From positions 412,670 through 467,559 of the forward strand of contig WELA01003305.1 of assembly GCA_009602735.1 (NCBI GenBank): a DNA stretch of 54,890 nt. The letters are read 5' to 3'. Origin of the DNA: Mesotaenium endlicherianum. Lineage: Eukaryota. Shown piece after piece: positions 1 to 14,493 of the stretch. A model generated the notes under the pieces. That model ran no database searches and was not told the DNA's origin. It saw only the letters and a program-made list of their open reading frames with translations. Positions within the stretch are counted from its first letter, which is position 1; the number at the start of each line of letters is the position of its first letter. Made by a program: the position numbers and the translations under genes.

Positions 1-68
1 GGGGGAGAGAGAGAGAGGGAGTGGGAGAAAAGGGGGGAGAGGGGGGGGAGAGGAGGGAGTGGAGGAAC

Positions 69-3000
69 CTTGGGGGTGTTGAAGACTAGGTCGAGCTCGC
101 AGACGTTCTCAAAGCACTTGTCCAGCGTCTCCACGAACACTGCTCCCATCCCACCCCCCCCTGGGGAGCCATGCCTGATTGACTCTCGCTCTCCTGCTCG
201 CTCTTGCTCTCTCACACACACCCACGTCTCTCTTTCTCATGCCCTTTTCTCTCACACACACACACGCTCTTCCTCTCTCTCCCTCTCTCTCTCACGCAGA
301 CACCTACACCTCTCACACACTCTTTCCTAACATAGTCTGTCTATGCACAAGCAGACACACACACACATATACACACGCACACTTCTCTCGCTCACAATCT
401 TCCCCTCGCTCACACGAAGACACTCACATACACGCACATACCTCTGCAGTAATAGTTCATACTTGACTACATGCACGCACACACACACACGCGCGCGCGC
501 GCGCACGCGCACGCACGCGCTCACTTACATAAACACACACACGCACACGCACAAGCATATACACACACACATGTATGCACACTCACGAACGTGGTGGGCA
601 CCGAACCCCGTGCACTCGACACCTGCCCGTTACAACCTCAACGAGAACAAGACCAAGTGTGAACACAGCTCAACTTCAATTCACGAGGCGCAAGCACGCA
701 CGCAACACACAGAAGGACAGCCACGTCGTCGCATACTGCGTGCAGCTGCAAACATTCGCACCGTTATATCACAGACGAGTGTGCACATTGTGCACACTCG
801 CGCACATACTTGTGTAATGCGCACGCACATATTGTGTATGTATATAAGCTTGCGCGCGCGCACAATCCGTGAACACATTTGCACACACATGCGTGTGCTC
901 CATATGTGCATGTGCCCCGGTAAACACGTGCCCTGTGGAGATGTGCCCTATATATGCACATGTGCCCTAGAAATTTGTGCCCTATAAACATGTGCCTGAA
1001 CTTACACGTGCCTCTAAGGCACATGTGCCCCTATGTACACGTGCCCCTATATACATGTGCCCCTCTGTACATGTGCCCTACGACGCATGTGTGCATGCAT
1101 ACCTTGGATGAGGTCGAGGATGGCTTCATATACATGTGCCCTATGTATATGTGCCCCTATATACATGTGCTCTTATTCAGTTGTGCCCTTACAACACACG
1201 TGCACTCCCAACGTACCTTGGATGAGGTCAAGGACGGCCAACTCGCTTTCTGCGTCGTCCACGAGGAAGGCGAAGAAGAGCGTGGCAAATGCGCGGTACA
1301 CCAGCTTCGTGCCCTGCCCCCCCGTATATATGTGTACATATATGTACATATATGTACATATATGTATATATATGTACATATATGTATATATATGTACATG
1401 TATGTATATACACATATTTAGGCAAGTATATATTTATATATAGATGTGTACCTACACCAGCTTCGTACCCTGCCCCCCCGTGTCACGTATGTGCTCGCGT
1501 GTGTAAATATGAACACATACAAGAGCTACGTAGAGCAAATGTATACGTGTATTCTTATATGTGTATGTGTATGTGAATACATGCATATATGTTTGTGTAT
1601 ATTTATAAGGTATGTTAGATGTCCAAATATGTCTATACCTATTTACATTTCCATCAATGCTTACATGTACATATATCTGCGCGTATATACACATATACAC
1701 TGATACTTTGCAACGCATGGAACGAAACCCAACGTCGACATGTTTCCCGCGTACAACACATGCTCTGCAAACACGAGCACTCACGCGCTCGTGTCAAACA
1801 CCAACGCCTTTCTATGTCGGCAAGAGTTTCATCGCAGGTCCTGCAAAAGGCGTTCAGGGTTTAAGGTTTGGGGTACCCTAAACCCTAAACTCGGCGAAAT
1901 CCTCTTACAGGCAGCGTCCGAAAGAATGTCCGCACAGGGGTATGAAGAGGGGGGCCCAGGTTCACAAACAGCATCAGACTGGCCGCAGGCTCACCCCGGG
2001 GCTTCAACATAGGTCTCGGATCTGACTTAGGTTTCGGGGTTCGGGGTTCAGCGTAGCAACAGTCGCAAGCGCTGCCTCAGGCTGGCAGTGAGATAGGTCC
2101 AGGCTAAGGAAGGTCCGGGTGCTTTTACGATGCCAGGTCATGTTGGTGTTGCTCAGGACTGGCTCACCCTAGGATTTAACACGCGGGTGCGCGATTTGAC
2201 GGAGGCCTGCAGGGCCAGAGATTGCTGCAGCTTGGAACCGTACTTGGTTTAAGGCTAGGGTCTAGGGTTTGGCGGTACCTGCGGGACCCAGAGGTGGCTT
2301 TGGGTAGGCATCGCTCTAGGGCTACAACTTACAGCACAGTCCAGGATTTACCAAACCCTTATCCCCAAAACCCCCGGACTAGCGCTGTACAAGAAGTATT
2401 CACCCGAGTCAGGTCTCGGGCTTAGGGCCTGAAACCTCACAAGCGTAGGGGTTTAGGCTGGTATAGGGTTAAGATTAGGGTTGGGGCTAGGGTTGGGGCA
2501 GAGTAAACCCTACAAGCCCAAAATTCGGCTCCAGACTGGTGTCAGAGTAGGGGTTGAACAAATTTAGGGTTAGGATTTAGGGAAGCCAAGCCTACACGGC
2601 CCAGAGGGGGTCCCACCAGCTGCTCCAACAGGGCATCGGAGCCCAAAAGGGGCCAAATTTGGCTCCAGCCTGGTGTCAGTATAGGGCTAGACAAAATTAG
2701 GGCTAAGGCTTGGCTTAGGGTTCAGAGAAGGCTACAGGGTCAGAGACGGCTCCTGGCTGGCGTCAGAGCAGGGCTCGACAAATGAGGCATTAGGGTTTTG
2801 GAAAAGCCTACAGGCCCGGGGGTGGCTTAGTTGCTCCCGGGGTCACTGGAGCCCGCAGGACCCAGGTTGATTTGGCCGGGCGTTTCAAGTAGGGCTGCAG
2901 GGTTAAGGTTAGGGTTCAGACTTCGAGCTCAAAACTAGGGCTTTGAGTTTTTGTGTGAGAGCAGGGTTTGAGTTACGATTAGGGTTTAGAGGTAGGGTTT

Positions 3001-4290
3001 GGAAAAGCCTACAGGCCCAAAGATGGCCTCATCTTCCACAAAGCTGCAGACGTCTGGGGGCCTCTTTGACAGCACTGTACCTCTCCTCCACCGTCCATCC
3101 CCCCCCACCCCCCCCCCCGCCCCCNNNNNNNNNNNNNNNNNNNNNNNNNNNNNNNNNNNNNNNNNNNNNNNNNNNNNNNNNNNNNNNNNNNNNNNNNNNN
3201 NNNNNNNNNNNNNNNNNNNNNNNNNNNNNNNNNNNNNNNNNNNNNNNNNNNNNNNNNNNNNNNNNNNNNNNNNNNNNNNNNNNNNNNNNNNNNNNNNNNN
3301 NNNNNNNNNNNNNNNNNNNNNNNNNNNNNNNNNNNNNNNNNNNNNNNNNNNNNNNNNNNNNNNNNNNNNNNNNNNNNNNNNNNNNNNNNNNNNNNNNNNN
3401 NNNNNNNNNNNNNNNNNNNNNNNNNNNNNNNNNNNNNNNNNNNNNNNNNNNNNNNNNNNNNNNNCGAGGGGGGAGGGGGGGGGGGAGGGGGTGTAGGGTT
3501 TCTGAACAGAGGGAGGGAGAGAGCAGCAAGGGTAGAAAGTCACCTGCAAAAACCTTACGGATGGTATCCTGCTGCTCCTCTGGGGCCTGCCTGACAGGTG
3601 TGAGCCCCACATCACCAAGAAAGTTGAAAATTTTGAGAGGAACACCCCGTCAAGTGCCATCTGGATGCCTTGCTGTAGCTGGGCTAACACATACATGATA
3701 TATAGATATACATATATAATATATATATATATGTGTATATATATGTATATACTTGGACATCTGAAGTTTCTCTACAGTAGAGCTCGCCAATATTGCTGAG
3801 CGTGAACGCGTTCACGCTAGAGTTATTCGGCTCAAGTATCCACTCAGGGCTAGCTTTCATGGGAGAAGCAGGAGGGATTAGGGTTTATAGAGTAGGCGTG
3901 GGGCTAACAATGAGGCATGGCGCAAAACTGTAAGAGCCAGCATTAACGAAGGACGGCCAGATTTTCAGCATACATGAAAGAGGAAGAGAGTCAAAAGGAG
4001 GATAATAAAGAGGGGTCACTTGAACACAATGGTGAGCATCAATGCGAGGATTGTTAATTACATGGATTAAGTTCGAATCTCCATCTCCAGATTCAAAAGT
4101 TACTGGATCCTGCCATATTTTTGGTCAGGGTTTCGGCATTTTGACGATTTCACCAATACCACTGACAATATGACGGAGAGGGCAGACACTGAGCCCAGAA
4201 GATTGCTGGAAAAGTACGTACAGTGCAGTCAAAGAACCGCGTTAAGCGGGGCTTGCCGCTGGTGTTGATGATCAAGATTGTTTTTATCAT
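69..4290 (-). CDS. AP3S: AP-3 adaptor complex sigma subunit (clathrin adaptor small chain); 5 exons visible, 3' end lies beyond the left edge
   Basis: Exons 4290-4222 ([23 protein letters not shown]), 3586-3544 ([14 protein letters not shown]), 3074-3013 ([21 protein letters not shown]), 1313-1217 ([32 protein letters not shown]) and 139-69 ([24 protein letters not shown]). All introns are GT-AG and phase-compatible. GKPRL, [26 protein letters not shown] match sigma-3 adaptins. Confidence 0.93.
140..1710. repeat. Intronic simple-sequence tracts: (CT)n, (CA)n, (CG)n, ACATGTGCCC-type minisatellite, (TATG/TA)n
   Basis: Visible low-complexity tracts inside AP3S introns. They account for the many spurious His/Thr/Tyr/Ile-rich ORFs. 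Confidence 0.9.
1855..3010. repeat. Degenerate telomere-like (TTTAGGG-related) motifs dispersed in an AP3S intron
   Basis: Many TAGGGTT/GGGTTTA/TTAGGG copies, e.g. 2447-2500, 2563-2582, 2900-3000. Not a perfect array. Confidence 0.7.
3125..3464. other. Assembly gap (N run) flanked by poly-C and poly-G
   Basis: 340 N bases. Confidence 1.
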
Positions 4291-6089
4291 GGCTTAATTT
4301 CGCTTGCTGCTCCCTCACGTCGTCATCCTTCACCTCTCCCGGACCTGTGCCCTTTGCCTTGATGGAGCTTGCAAAGCTATGTTGACCAGGTTTTTGTAAC
4401 ATATAATTATGGAACCTGTGAGACTACCGGTGTCACAAACGCCAACCCCAGCACTAGTTCGAGAACGAGCAAATTAAGGTCCCTCTTCCGCTATCGTGAA
4501 CACAAATGTAGGAACAATGCAGCGGCCAAGTCGATTTACCAGGAACTATATCCTCGGCCCACTTCAGGGTAATGGGGTCACTTCCTATGATGCTTGTCGC
4601 GTGCCAAGCATATTAATTTCAGGCAAGACCTTCGCATAGAATTATACAGGCCATCTCACAACTAGGGGTTGCTCTACTGAAGATTCTTCTTCAATTTCAA
4701 GGAAGGGTCGACCATGTCTTCGAATTTTCACCTCTGATTTGGGTTTGTGCTCCTTATCTTGAAGACATAGGAATGGTAGGCTTTTTCTCAAGTTGAGCAT
4801 AGCAAATCATAGTTTGGGCAATTAGTAACATAGTCCATCATGATGCTAGTATGAAAGAAAGAGAGTCTAAGAGGAGTTGAGAAGTGTGAAGACAGTGCTT
4901 AATTGATATGGAGCATCCAAATTGTGTCATGTTACTCCGTTGTTAGTATGTTGTGACTCTGGATTATTTGCCACTGCTACTTTACGCTTCCAAAAATGAA
5001 TCTGTTTGTATGATCCCTAGCATGCGATGCTTCCAGGGGACATTCAATATGTTTCGCCTTTGCTTCAATAGTGGTTTGTCTTTTGGTTGCATGTGTTGAA
5101 AATACAACGTGAGTTCAGGCAAGGATGGGGTCGAGCTGTTGTTGGTAGGTGTCCGAAGCAGGCAAGCTCCTTTCCTCCCTCCCCACTGTCCCTCTCTTCC
5201 CTCTTCTTTGGCCTGGGCTGCCCATATCCATATCAGGCAATAGGTATTAGGAACCTGTCCTGTCCTGTCATGTGTTCACAGCAGGCAAGAAGGGGCGTGG
5301 GATGTCGACACGTATTCACAAAAAGGCAAGGAAAGGGAGTCGGGCTTTAACGTCTTCACGACAGGCAGGGACGGGGCGCCTAGTTGTCAAAAGGTGTTCA
5401 CCAAAAGCCACCCACTCTCCCTCCCTCCCTCCCTCCCTCCCTTCCCTCCTTCCTCCCTTCATTGCTCTCTCCCGGTGTCTCAGGCAGAAGGTTCATGCAT
5501 TTTAAACGGGAAGACCATGCTGCTTTAAGGTGGCATGCCTGCTACTCTCTCCTTGGCCTCCTCTCTCTATCCCTCTTCTTATCTCTTTCTATGCCACCTT
5601 TCTAATCTCATTTCCACTCTTTGTATTCTTTTCTTTGTGGGATGCTTTGGCTATGTCAGGAGCAGGCAGTGTTAGGTGGTTTACTTTTGCTTCAACAACT
5701 AGTTCATGCAAGCTTCTTTTGGGGGGAGAAGCACGGTGCACCTCTTGTTCATCTCGTCTTTTCCCCCTCCCCCTGCCCCTTCCCCTCTCTTCCTCTTTCA
5801 TCTATTTTAGTAACAGGTTGTGGTGGGGGGTCGTATTTGTCGTGACATACTTGTGTAACGGGGCTGGTGTGCAATATGCGTGTGCGTGCCCGCCCTCCTC
5901 CCCTCTCCTCTTGTTTTCCTCCCCTCCCCTCTCCTCTCCTCCCCTCTGGCCTCTTGATTGACGATACTGATATAGCAAGCACAAATGCATGCAGCGACGC
6001 CCACCCTTTCTCCGGCTTCCCTGCAAAGTAGTCACTGAAGCAGACCTAAGATCCCATGGCTGCCTGCGCCAAACGTGGTGAGCATGCCC

Positions 6090-6390
6090 ATGGACGTGGG
6101 CGTGGGTATGGACCTCGGCGTAAGTGTGGGCGCGGGTGTCGGCTTAAGGATTAGGGTTTAGAGCGTGGATCTCAACGTGGGCGTGGGCTCGGGTGTGGGC
6201 GTGAGCGTGGGCGTGGTCGTGGGTGGGGATCTCGGCGTGGGCACGGGCGTGGACGTGGGCTTGAATTTAGGGTTTAGAGCGTGGGTGTGGGCGTGGGCGT
6301 GGGCGTGGATCTTGGTGTGGGCGTAAGCGCGCGTGTGGGCGTGGGCGTGGGCGTGGGCTTAGGGCTGAGGGCATAGGGCTTAGGGCTTAG
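6090..6390 (+). repeat. (GTGGGC)n G-rich minisatellite with interspersed TTAGGG(TTTA) units
   Basis: Direct reading of tandem GTGGGC units with ttagggttta at ~6151 and ~6267. Confidence 0.85.
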
Positions 6391-8539
6391 GGCTGTTGCA
6401 GCTGCTCCTGCTGCAAGCTGTGGCTCCCGTGCGTCGTTACTTCTTCAGAGCCCACCCTGAGCCGTTTGAGTTGTTGCTGGGAGGGGGCAGCCATTGCTGC
6501 GAGGGGGCAGCCGCGACCGCAGCCGCAGATCATCTCAGGGGTCCTTCGCGTACTGCCAGAGAGTTGCCAGGCCAGCTGAGGCACCCTTTCTTGTGGAATG
6601 ATTGGCGTCACTGAGGGGGGGTGAGTGTCCACCTCCTTCTGGCCAGCGCCGGAGATGCCACATGGCGCTTCCAAGGCTCGCCGTACAGTAGACCTGAGAG
6701 GAGTAGTATTGATAAGTTAGAGTTGGAGCTGGATCCCCAGAGGGTGCTGCTGGGACTCAGGGCAGAGGGGGGGAGGGTGGGAGGAAGGGAGGGGGAGGGG
6801 GGGTGCCTGTGTGCGTAAGTGTGACGCGTGCGTGATGGTCCGTGCTGCTGAGGCTCAGGGCAGAGGGGGAGGAGGGTGCCTGTGTGTGTGTGTGTCTGAC
6901 GTGTGCGTGACGGTGCGTGCTGAGTCGTGACGTGACGTGCCGCTGCTGCTGCAGGATTCTGACGACGGTGCGGTGGGGACGGATTTTTTTTTCATTACGA
7001 ATATTTGAAAGACGACTATAAAATTATGTGATAGATACCAAAACTTGTTCCATGACCATTATACAGTGTTTCCCATCTCCATCATACAAAACCATGGATC
7101 AACAAAGCGATGGATGCATATGTGTCATGTCATTTTACTTCAAACACACTAAATGATTCCTCATGAAAGAGGTTATTCATTAACTTTTGGTGACTTTGTT
7201 TATCTTGAGGGAGATGCGTAGCACTGCAAGCCATGTGACCACTCGTTGGAAAGTAAGACTACTAGTTGATGAACAAAAACCTCGGTCCTGTTTCTCATAT
7301 CCCCCATCTATCAGTGTGCATTGCGAGTTTGACCCAAATAATGTGGTGCCAAAAATAGAAACTGTATTATTTTGGAAATCTCAGGTTTTTTTATGCATCC
7401 CAAGACCCACCTCTTAAAGTTTCTTAGGCTTTAAATCTGGAAGCCAAAGCAACATTGGGGAAATAGCAATATGGAGCGCTTGCTGGTCAAGTAGAAAACA
7501 TTTTGTGTTAGTTTCGTGAAGATGACATGGAGATGTTTTCTAATGTATCTGAGGCGGGCCAACTATAATTATTGGTAGTTAATTATATGTATGTAAGGGA
7601 ATCGTAAGAGATGGCGCTCATGCATAGTGTAGGCAAATCGTCTCTCATGAAATTTTTTCTTACCTCTGTTTGTGCTTGCGCACGCGCATATTATTGTTTG
7701 GGTGCGCACTTGCATGGGGGTTCTTTGTGTCGTTGGATTCATTGTGAAAAATAGTTGATGCCCATCGACTTTTGTGGGTGGTTCTCAAGGGTAGTGAGAT
7801 TAGCTAGATGACCATGATAAATAAGATACGAGCTTGTAGAAAATTGGTGAAGTCAAAATGTTATTGGAGTAAGGTGCAATCGTGGACATTAGCAAATGAT
7901 TGGACACCTTGCAAAATTGCTTCAAGCTCCATCTAGAATTGGCCACCTTAGTTGCTTGTAGGTACCACCTCAGTTGCTTGTAGAGTCCTTACTCTCAGTC
8001 TGCCGACGGTTATTTTAGAAGCTAGGAAGAACTAATTACTACATTCCAAAATGTAGTCCTTAGTTTTATACATAAATCACGTTAAAAATCATAAACTACA
8101 TTTCAAAATGTGATACTTAGTTCTGTACATATTCCACTTTTAAAAAACCAGTAGACTTCAAGTTGAAGACTAAGTCACAACGATGCAGAAGTATATGTAG
8201 TTTCCAAAATTCACGTGATACGGACAAGGCGGCTCAATCTAAGTTACGAAATAGAAAAGGTGGAATGGTGGAGCTAGCATGCAAATTTGTGGATCCTTCA
8301 TATCAAATAGAAGACTAGAAGCAGTCAACATCCGAACTGTTAGTGACATCTAGCCGTACGCTAAACTTGAGGAGCAAATACACGTCATTGTGGGTCCTCC
8401 ATCATACAGAAGACCCCCATAAGTAAGCATTTGAACTGTTAGAGAAATTATTATAAGCGCTGATTGCAGTTGTGCAAGATTACTCCCCATCTCTTGGAGG
8501 TTCACAAGAGACTGCGTCACATCCCTCTTTCAGAGATTA

Positions 8540-8890
8540 GGTGTAACAATCTGAGCTTTTTAGGTGTATTTGGGACGTGTTTCTAATTAACTAAAATACG
8601 TTATGCTTCTTATTAGATGAAAATTGCAATTATTTGAGTTAGTCGCCACACACGTGTGCCGACTAATTCCAATCGATTGGCAAAATGCCATGTAAAATAA
8701 TCGATAACGTCACTTTGATTACTTTGCAGAAGCACAAAATAATTAATCATAAAGTATCTTGATTCATTGTAGAATGATAAGTTGAGTTTTTCTTTGACTT
8801 TCATTGTTTTGGACAAGAACGGTCATTGTTTTCAGTTAACTACGATCGTTATTCCGAAAGAAAACACAAATTGTGACCCAAGGGAGTCAT
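8540..8890 (+). repeat. Dispersed repeat A, left copy; inverted relative to 40800-41190 (probable DNA-transposon end)
   Basis: taacaatctgagctttttaggtgtatttgggacg...cacacgtgtgccgactaattcc...attactttgca...taattaatcataa aligns by eye with the reverse complement of 40800-41190. Confidence 0.75.
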
Positions 8891-10587
8891 CACATAAAAT
8901 CGAACACGCGACCTTTTGGCCGTGTCAGCACGATTTTGCGACTGTCGTAAAATCAAACAAAAATTATTTTGCAAGCATGTTTGCAACTGTGAGGACACTA
9001 ATCCTTGACTATTTGTTTGATTCGTTCACACCTGACCAATATTTCAAACAGTTATTCGTAACTTCCGGTTCAGTGTGAAAACCAATGTAGGAGATTGTGC
9101 AAACAGTCGCGACTCTTTGAAAAGTCGAGCGCAATTGCAAAAACGTCCATTTGACGTTGAATGGTTTTTCGAAAATCGTTGTGTAACCTCCAAACAGCCA
9201 AACGGCTCAATTTGAGAATGTGGCCGAACGGGTTACGCCCGTTTTTGTTGAACATAAACCAATGTTCTAGCAGGTAACTCGAAGCATTTCAATGCCTCAT
9301 GTTGTGCGAGTATATATACTTGCAAGAGTCATTGTGAGTGCAATTCTCACAGTTTGCATTCTACGACTTTACGTTGTTTTTCTCCATAGTCTCAAGTATG
9401 CTTCAATTACGCGAAGTTGTCAATATTTCCTTTTCATTAAGTCTTAATTTTCTTGAACACCGAACAAAGATTCTTGAGAAAAGCAAAAACGTTACATTAG
9501 ATGAGCTTTGTTGGGTGCGTTATTTAACAACCTGATGGGTAAGTTGGCTTCAAGCTTCTTTGTCAATTGTTAATTAGTTACAGTTCAATAGAAGTCTAAT
9601 ATATGAAAAGGAAATCATTGCACTCAATTGCAAATTCCAAACTCTGTTCTTGAGGCTCTCTTGTGTACTTCTTGACAGTATGTTTGAAGATAATTTAACA
9701 TATCATTGTCAAAAAAGAAAAATATCCATTGTACTCGACTGTCCTCATCTCGCTCTTATACACTTGATATAACCATGTAGTTAAGAAAGATTTGAACTCA
9801 ATCAATATTGATGTTATGCTGAGGCAGGATGCAGGTGCAACACTGCATCTCCAGATGCTTGTTGTTTCTAGATATCTATAGATTGGGATAGCAACAGTGC
9901 AAGTGACAGCATGGTCGGCTCGTCGAAGCACCTATCAAACGTACCATTTTCTCCCATAACGCTTTCTTATACTTTATGCTGAATATTATTTTCTAGTATG
10001 CCATACCAACATTTACCCTCCCTCCCCATGCACACACGCACAAACGGGCGCTCTTGCGAGCGTGCATGCATGCGCACATACACCTAGCCAACTTACATCT
10101 GCAATAAGCGGAGAGATTTTGAGATAGGCACTTGTGGTGAGATTGTTACAAGATTTTCATTTTTGATCTTTATTGTTATAAATTAGAATATGATTGAATA
10201 TATGAATTTAGTTCAATGCAATATCTAATTTGGTTCAAAGTGTTCAATTTTTTTAACCTCAACTCCGCTATAATGACATAATCACAAGCAGCAGGCTAAT
10301 GTTTACCTACAGCACTTAAGTTACAGCTGTAGTTTGGATCAATTTTCCTACTTTGACAGAAGGTGGGCTAGATATAAGTCGCTACAAAGATGTACAACTC
10401 AGTCAATTTTTCCTGTGCGTTTATTTTCTACACGTGGTTGTGCACATAAAAATACAATATTCAGGAAAAAAAAATCAGTGTTTTTTTAGAATATGATTTC
10501 TAATTATTCTACAAGCAGTTCCTCATAGTATGTCACACACTATATTACAAAATGCTGTTTGCAAATTGTCATCAAAGATAATGAAAT

Positions 10588-13150
10588 TACTAGTGCATAT
10601 TCCAAGCTGCGCGGGCAAGTGTAGATACGCATATATTTTTAGAGATAGTACATAACTAATGATCAATTACTCACACGTAAATATTTTTGGACCACTAGAT
10701 AATAATATATTCCACGACTTCGCAATATATATTTTTGCGCATTTGAAAATTGGAGTTTGTGTGCCTGACAAACACGAAGCTAAGGGAAAAACAGACATGA
10801 AACCAAGGAAAAACAGTATTTAAAGTCAGTCTATGCCAATGAAAAGCATTCCTATTCTTGAAGTTACAATCATTTATTTTTGCAATTTTTTTAACCCATT
10901 TTGTCCTTTTCACACAGTCTCAACACTGGTGCTTATAAACGTTGTGATCATTCCTCTTCTCTTGTTCAATCTCCTTCTTGTTCTCATTCCAATATGCATA
11001 AATAAAGACAGACGCATAACTTCAACTTGTTTGTTTGCATACTCTGAGATTGGTCTAGTGTAGAAACGGCCAAACTTCAAGACCAGAGAAGAGCGGAGAA
11101 ATACCATTTCTCCACTTTTGGTCTTCAACGGACCCCCCCGATTCTTGAAAAGCGGAGGGTTACATGCATACACGACAGTATTGACCAATTAGAGCATACT
11201 ATTCAGCGCACTAAATTCCAAAGTCAAATGTCGCCGACGGCTTCATTTCTTTTTGAAAGTTGTCGATTTTATTGAATTTGTGTCAAACAGGTGTCAAAAA
11301 TTTGGATTTGGTTTTCTAGAAGTCAACTCGCCGATTGCACGTGCGAATAGGAAATGTTGCCAGCGACTGCACATGTGTCGAATGCAGAGGGCGCATCTTT
11401 TTAAAAGCGTTGGGCTTATGTTGGCCGAACCTCAAGCCGGCAAGATAAAAGTTCGACGGGACTCAAGCTTGACTAGGCTCAATCTGCTAGCGCCCTAGGG
11501 TGCCAGCTTTAAACTTGTGGGTGTTATGTCCCTGGAGTTAGAAGCCCAAAGGACCTAAGCCCCTTGAATGCTACTCCCCTGGACCCGTCGGCCCCCCTCA
11601 ACTCCGAACGTCCGTGTGGATGGGGAGGAGGCAGATTAAATTTTTAAAAATTTGGCCAGCCCCTTGCGACGACATGTAACGAGGTAGGCAAGTTCGGATT
11701 TTGGAATATGAGTTAAACTAGGCGTTTTCGTTAGTAAGTAAATGATCGTCAATTTGGTTCGTTTTGCGCTGGGACAGCAAATAAGTGCTAAGCATCACGT
11801 TTTGAGTCAAATGGCGTGTCCAAGTCCTCAAATCAACCAATAAGTAAATGCTACTTGACAGTTGGACGACTTTTGAGAGGCAGATAGGGCAATTTGGATT
11901 TTCGAATATGGGTCAAACGAGGCGTTTTCATTGGTCATTAAATAATCGTCAATTTGGTTCGTTCTGCGCTGGACAAGAAATAAGCGCAAAACATCGCGCT
12001 TTGAGTCAAGTGGTATATTCAACTCTTCACACCGACCGAACCTGACAAGCGGACAACTTTTGAAAACTTGTCCGCGTTTCAGGCATGACAAAAAAAAATC
12101 AACCAACAGGAATCAAGCTTATTTATAGCCATAATGTTATGCATTACTCCAAAATTGACAAGGTAATCACAAACTAGTTCAAAAGTACGTACAATTAAAC
12201 TACTACCACAATTGGAAACTTAGAATAAATATCGTCAATTGAACAGTGCAGGTTGGCTGTGGCGTAGAAAAGTTCTACGCTTGACGGGAACAACTTTGTT
12301 CCCATATATTTTCCATGCCATTTGGCGTAAAAGTACCATCTCCGCCTGTCGTGGAGGATCCATTTTCTTCACTTTGCCTGGTTTAGCATCAAAAAAATTA
12401 GGGCGGAGATGGCCATGCAAATATTGAGTCCTTTAGCGTTCTTCACTGTTTGGGTCCGGATCAGTCTCAGAGTGCTTAATTTGCTCAGTCAGTTTGACGC
12501 ACAAGACAACGCCAAGTTTGTATTTTGTTAACGTTACTTTTGTAATATTAATCACTTGCTCCCAAAAGAAGACCAAGCGTCTTGCAAAGAGAAGGGGTCT
12601 TGCTGCTCATCAACAAAATCCAAACCGAGTAATCATTTCATTCTCTTTGTCAAGGACAACTTTGATCGATCCTTCACTTCCTGTTATATCTTCACTAATA
12701 AAAACAATGTCAAATTTGCCCCCCTTTGGGTCATCAACAACAGCAACAAGTGAGAGCAAGAATTTGTCCTTCACTGTTTTTCACTAACTTTTTGTTTTGC
12801 AGGCATCTGACAAGAAACAAATAAGAGAAATTCGATAAATCTTCAACTTTTGCTGGACTGCATCAGTCCCCAGCATATCTAATCCAATTGGATCCTTTTC
12901 TTTATTTTTGAGATACCCTTCAGTTGCTCTTTATTCTCCTATGCAAGTGACTTAATCTGTAAAAGTTTTATCGCTGATTTCTAAGTTTACGAGTGTTCCA
13001 CCCTATGACGTTTATTTTTGGTTCAAAATCATTGCTATGCATACTAACATGTACGATTTTACCGATGAGGTGGTTCTTTGCCAAATCCTTGATGAAGTGT
13101 TTGTATATGGTAAACCAAAAATGTGTATTCAAAATTGAAAATATGTATGA
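10588..13150 (+). mobile_element. Degenerate dispersed element B, left copy; inverted homolog at ~42200-43380
   Basis: Blocks 10588-11030 and 12470-13150 align with the reverse complement of 43380-42830 and 42820-42200. Examples: tactagtgcat..caagctgcgc, attttgtccttttcacacagtctcaacactggtg, gtacgattttaccgatg. No intact ORF, so the family is unassigned. Confidence 0.6.
11690..12030 (+). repeat. Diverged ~200-bp tandem duplication
   Basis: ggattttggaatatg...atcgtcaatttggttcgtt...tttgagtcaa occurs at ~11695 and again at ~11895. Confidence 0.8.
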
Positions 13151-14493
13151 CCTTTTTTTACAATTTTGATTCTGAACGAAAGGTAATATCATCAATTTTT
13201 TGAATCTTGGAAGTTGTAAATTTTACAAAAATAACAACATTACACACACCCAAAATATTCATGCAAGATAAATTTATTTGAAACGTAATATTTTATAAAT
13301 TTAGACATTTATTTTCTCCGTTAAAATTATACACAATATTTTTTTTTAAACATAAAATGTAAGTACTAGATACCACCTTTGTTTGTATAATATTCATGGT
13401 AAAATTTCTCGTTAGAAATTAAAATTGGAAGTTTTTGTTTGTTAATAATGATGTAATTTTAAATCATAGGACAAATTTGTTATAGCAACTATGAAATATA
13501 TGTAACATAATGTGTTCTACGTGCTTTACGGTTGCTGACAATGGTGTGGGATAGGATCTTACATTCAACTCATCGATATACGAACTTTGATTTTAAGTTA
13601 TAATTTTGAAAATTAACTTATTTGTATGTCATTTTTGATCGAAATCATACGTTAAACACATTATCACATATCTACAAAAGGTAGACTGGATGCAAACTCA
13701 CAAGTGCAAAAAGAAGCATATATAATACATATAATTTGCGTTGCATACTCATTCTAGGACTCTAAAAGGCTCTCAAACTTGGTGTCCAAAGATTCATCAA
13801 AAAAAATGCTCAAAGTTGTGTTTCAAGCCAAAGACAAAGGTCAAGTTTAAAATCTAAAAGCTTTGTCCTCAATGCAATAATGTTCAGCTTCAATCTTTAA
13901 CAAGTAAGAATCTTGTCAACACACGACATTTTTTTTCAATTGCTCGTCAAATCACACAAAGTGATGAAAATAAGCAATCGTTGTTTGCCACTAAGTATTG
14001 TTAATCCAAAAAATGGATCAACATTGAATTATAAGAAATTAAAAAAAAACAAATGAGTTGACATTTAATTGATTATTTTTCTAGTAGAATAAAATACATC
14101 TCAGGCTTCATATATTTTTCTCAACGGTGGATAACAAAGATTGGCCACCATATTATTGTTACTGCACCAAAATTAATGCATCTTGATCATGCACCGCTAC
14201 AGCAATTAAAAATTACAAGTTGATTGAAACTAAGTATTTTTTCATGGATAAAATGTGATAAATATAAATTATATGCAATAACATATCGACACATACATGA
14301 TCTTCCACATTACTTGGGCCCCATCCTTCCTTCTCTCATAATACAAGTAAGCGCCTTGCAGCCTTCACCTCTTGCTTTATTATTTTGATCTGTCCAATAG
14401 TATTGCATAAGACGTTCATTATGAACATAATGGTTCACAATTACATAACATTCATACAAGTTCATATTCTCACACAAATAAGAACTTTTCTTC

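Noticed and set aside
70..1784. Numerous 60-214 aa ORFs rich in H/T/Y/I/C
   Set aside because: Translations of intronic microsatellites; only the short AP3S exons are coding.
1855..3010. True telomere or chromosome-fusion scar
   Set aside because: Motifs are degenerate, dispersed and intronic, not a tandem array.
2943..3698. Long ORFs spanning X runs
   Set aside because: Artefacts of the N gap; the real coding parts are two small AP3S exons.
6387..6818. GC-rich short ORFs upstream of AP3S
   Set aside because: No recognisable motif or consistent exon chain.
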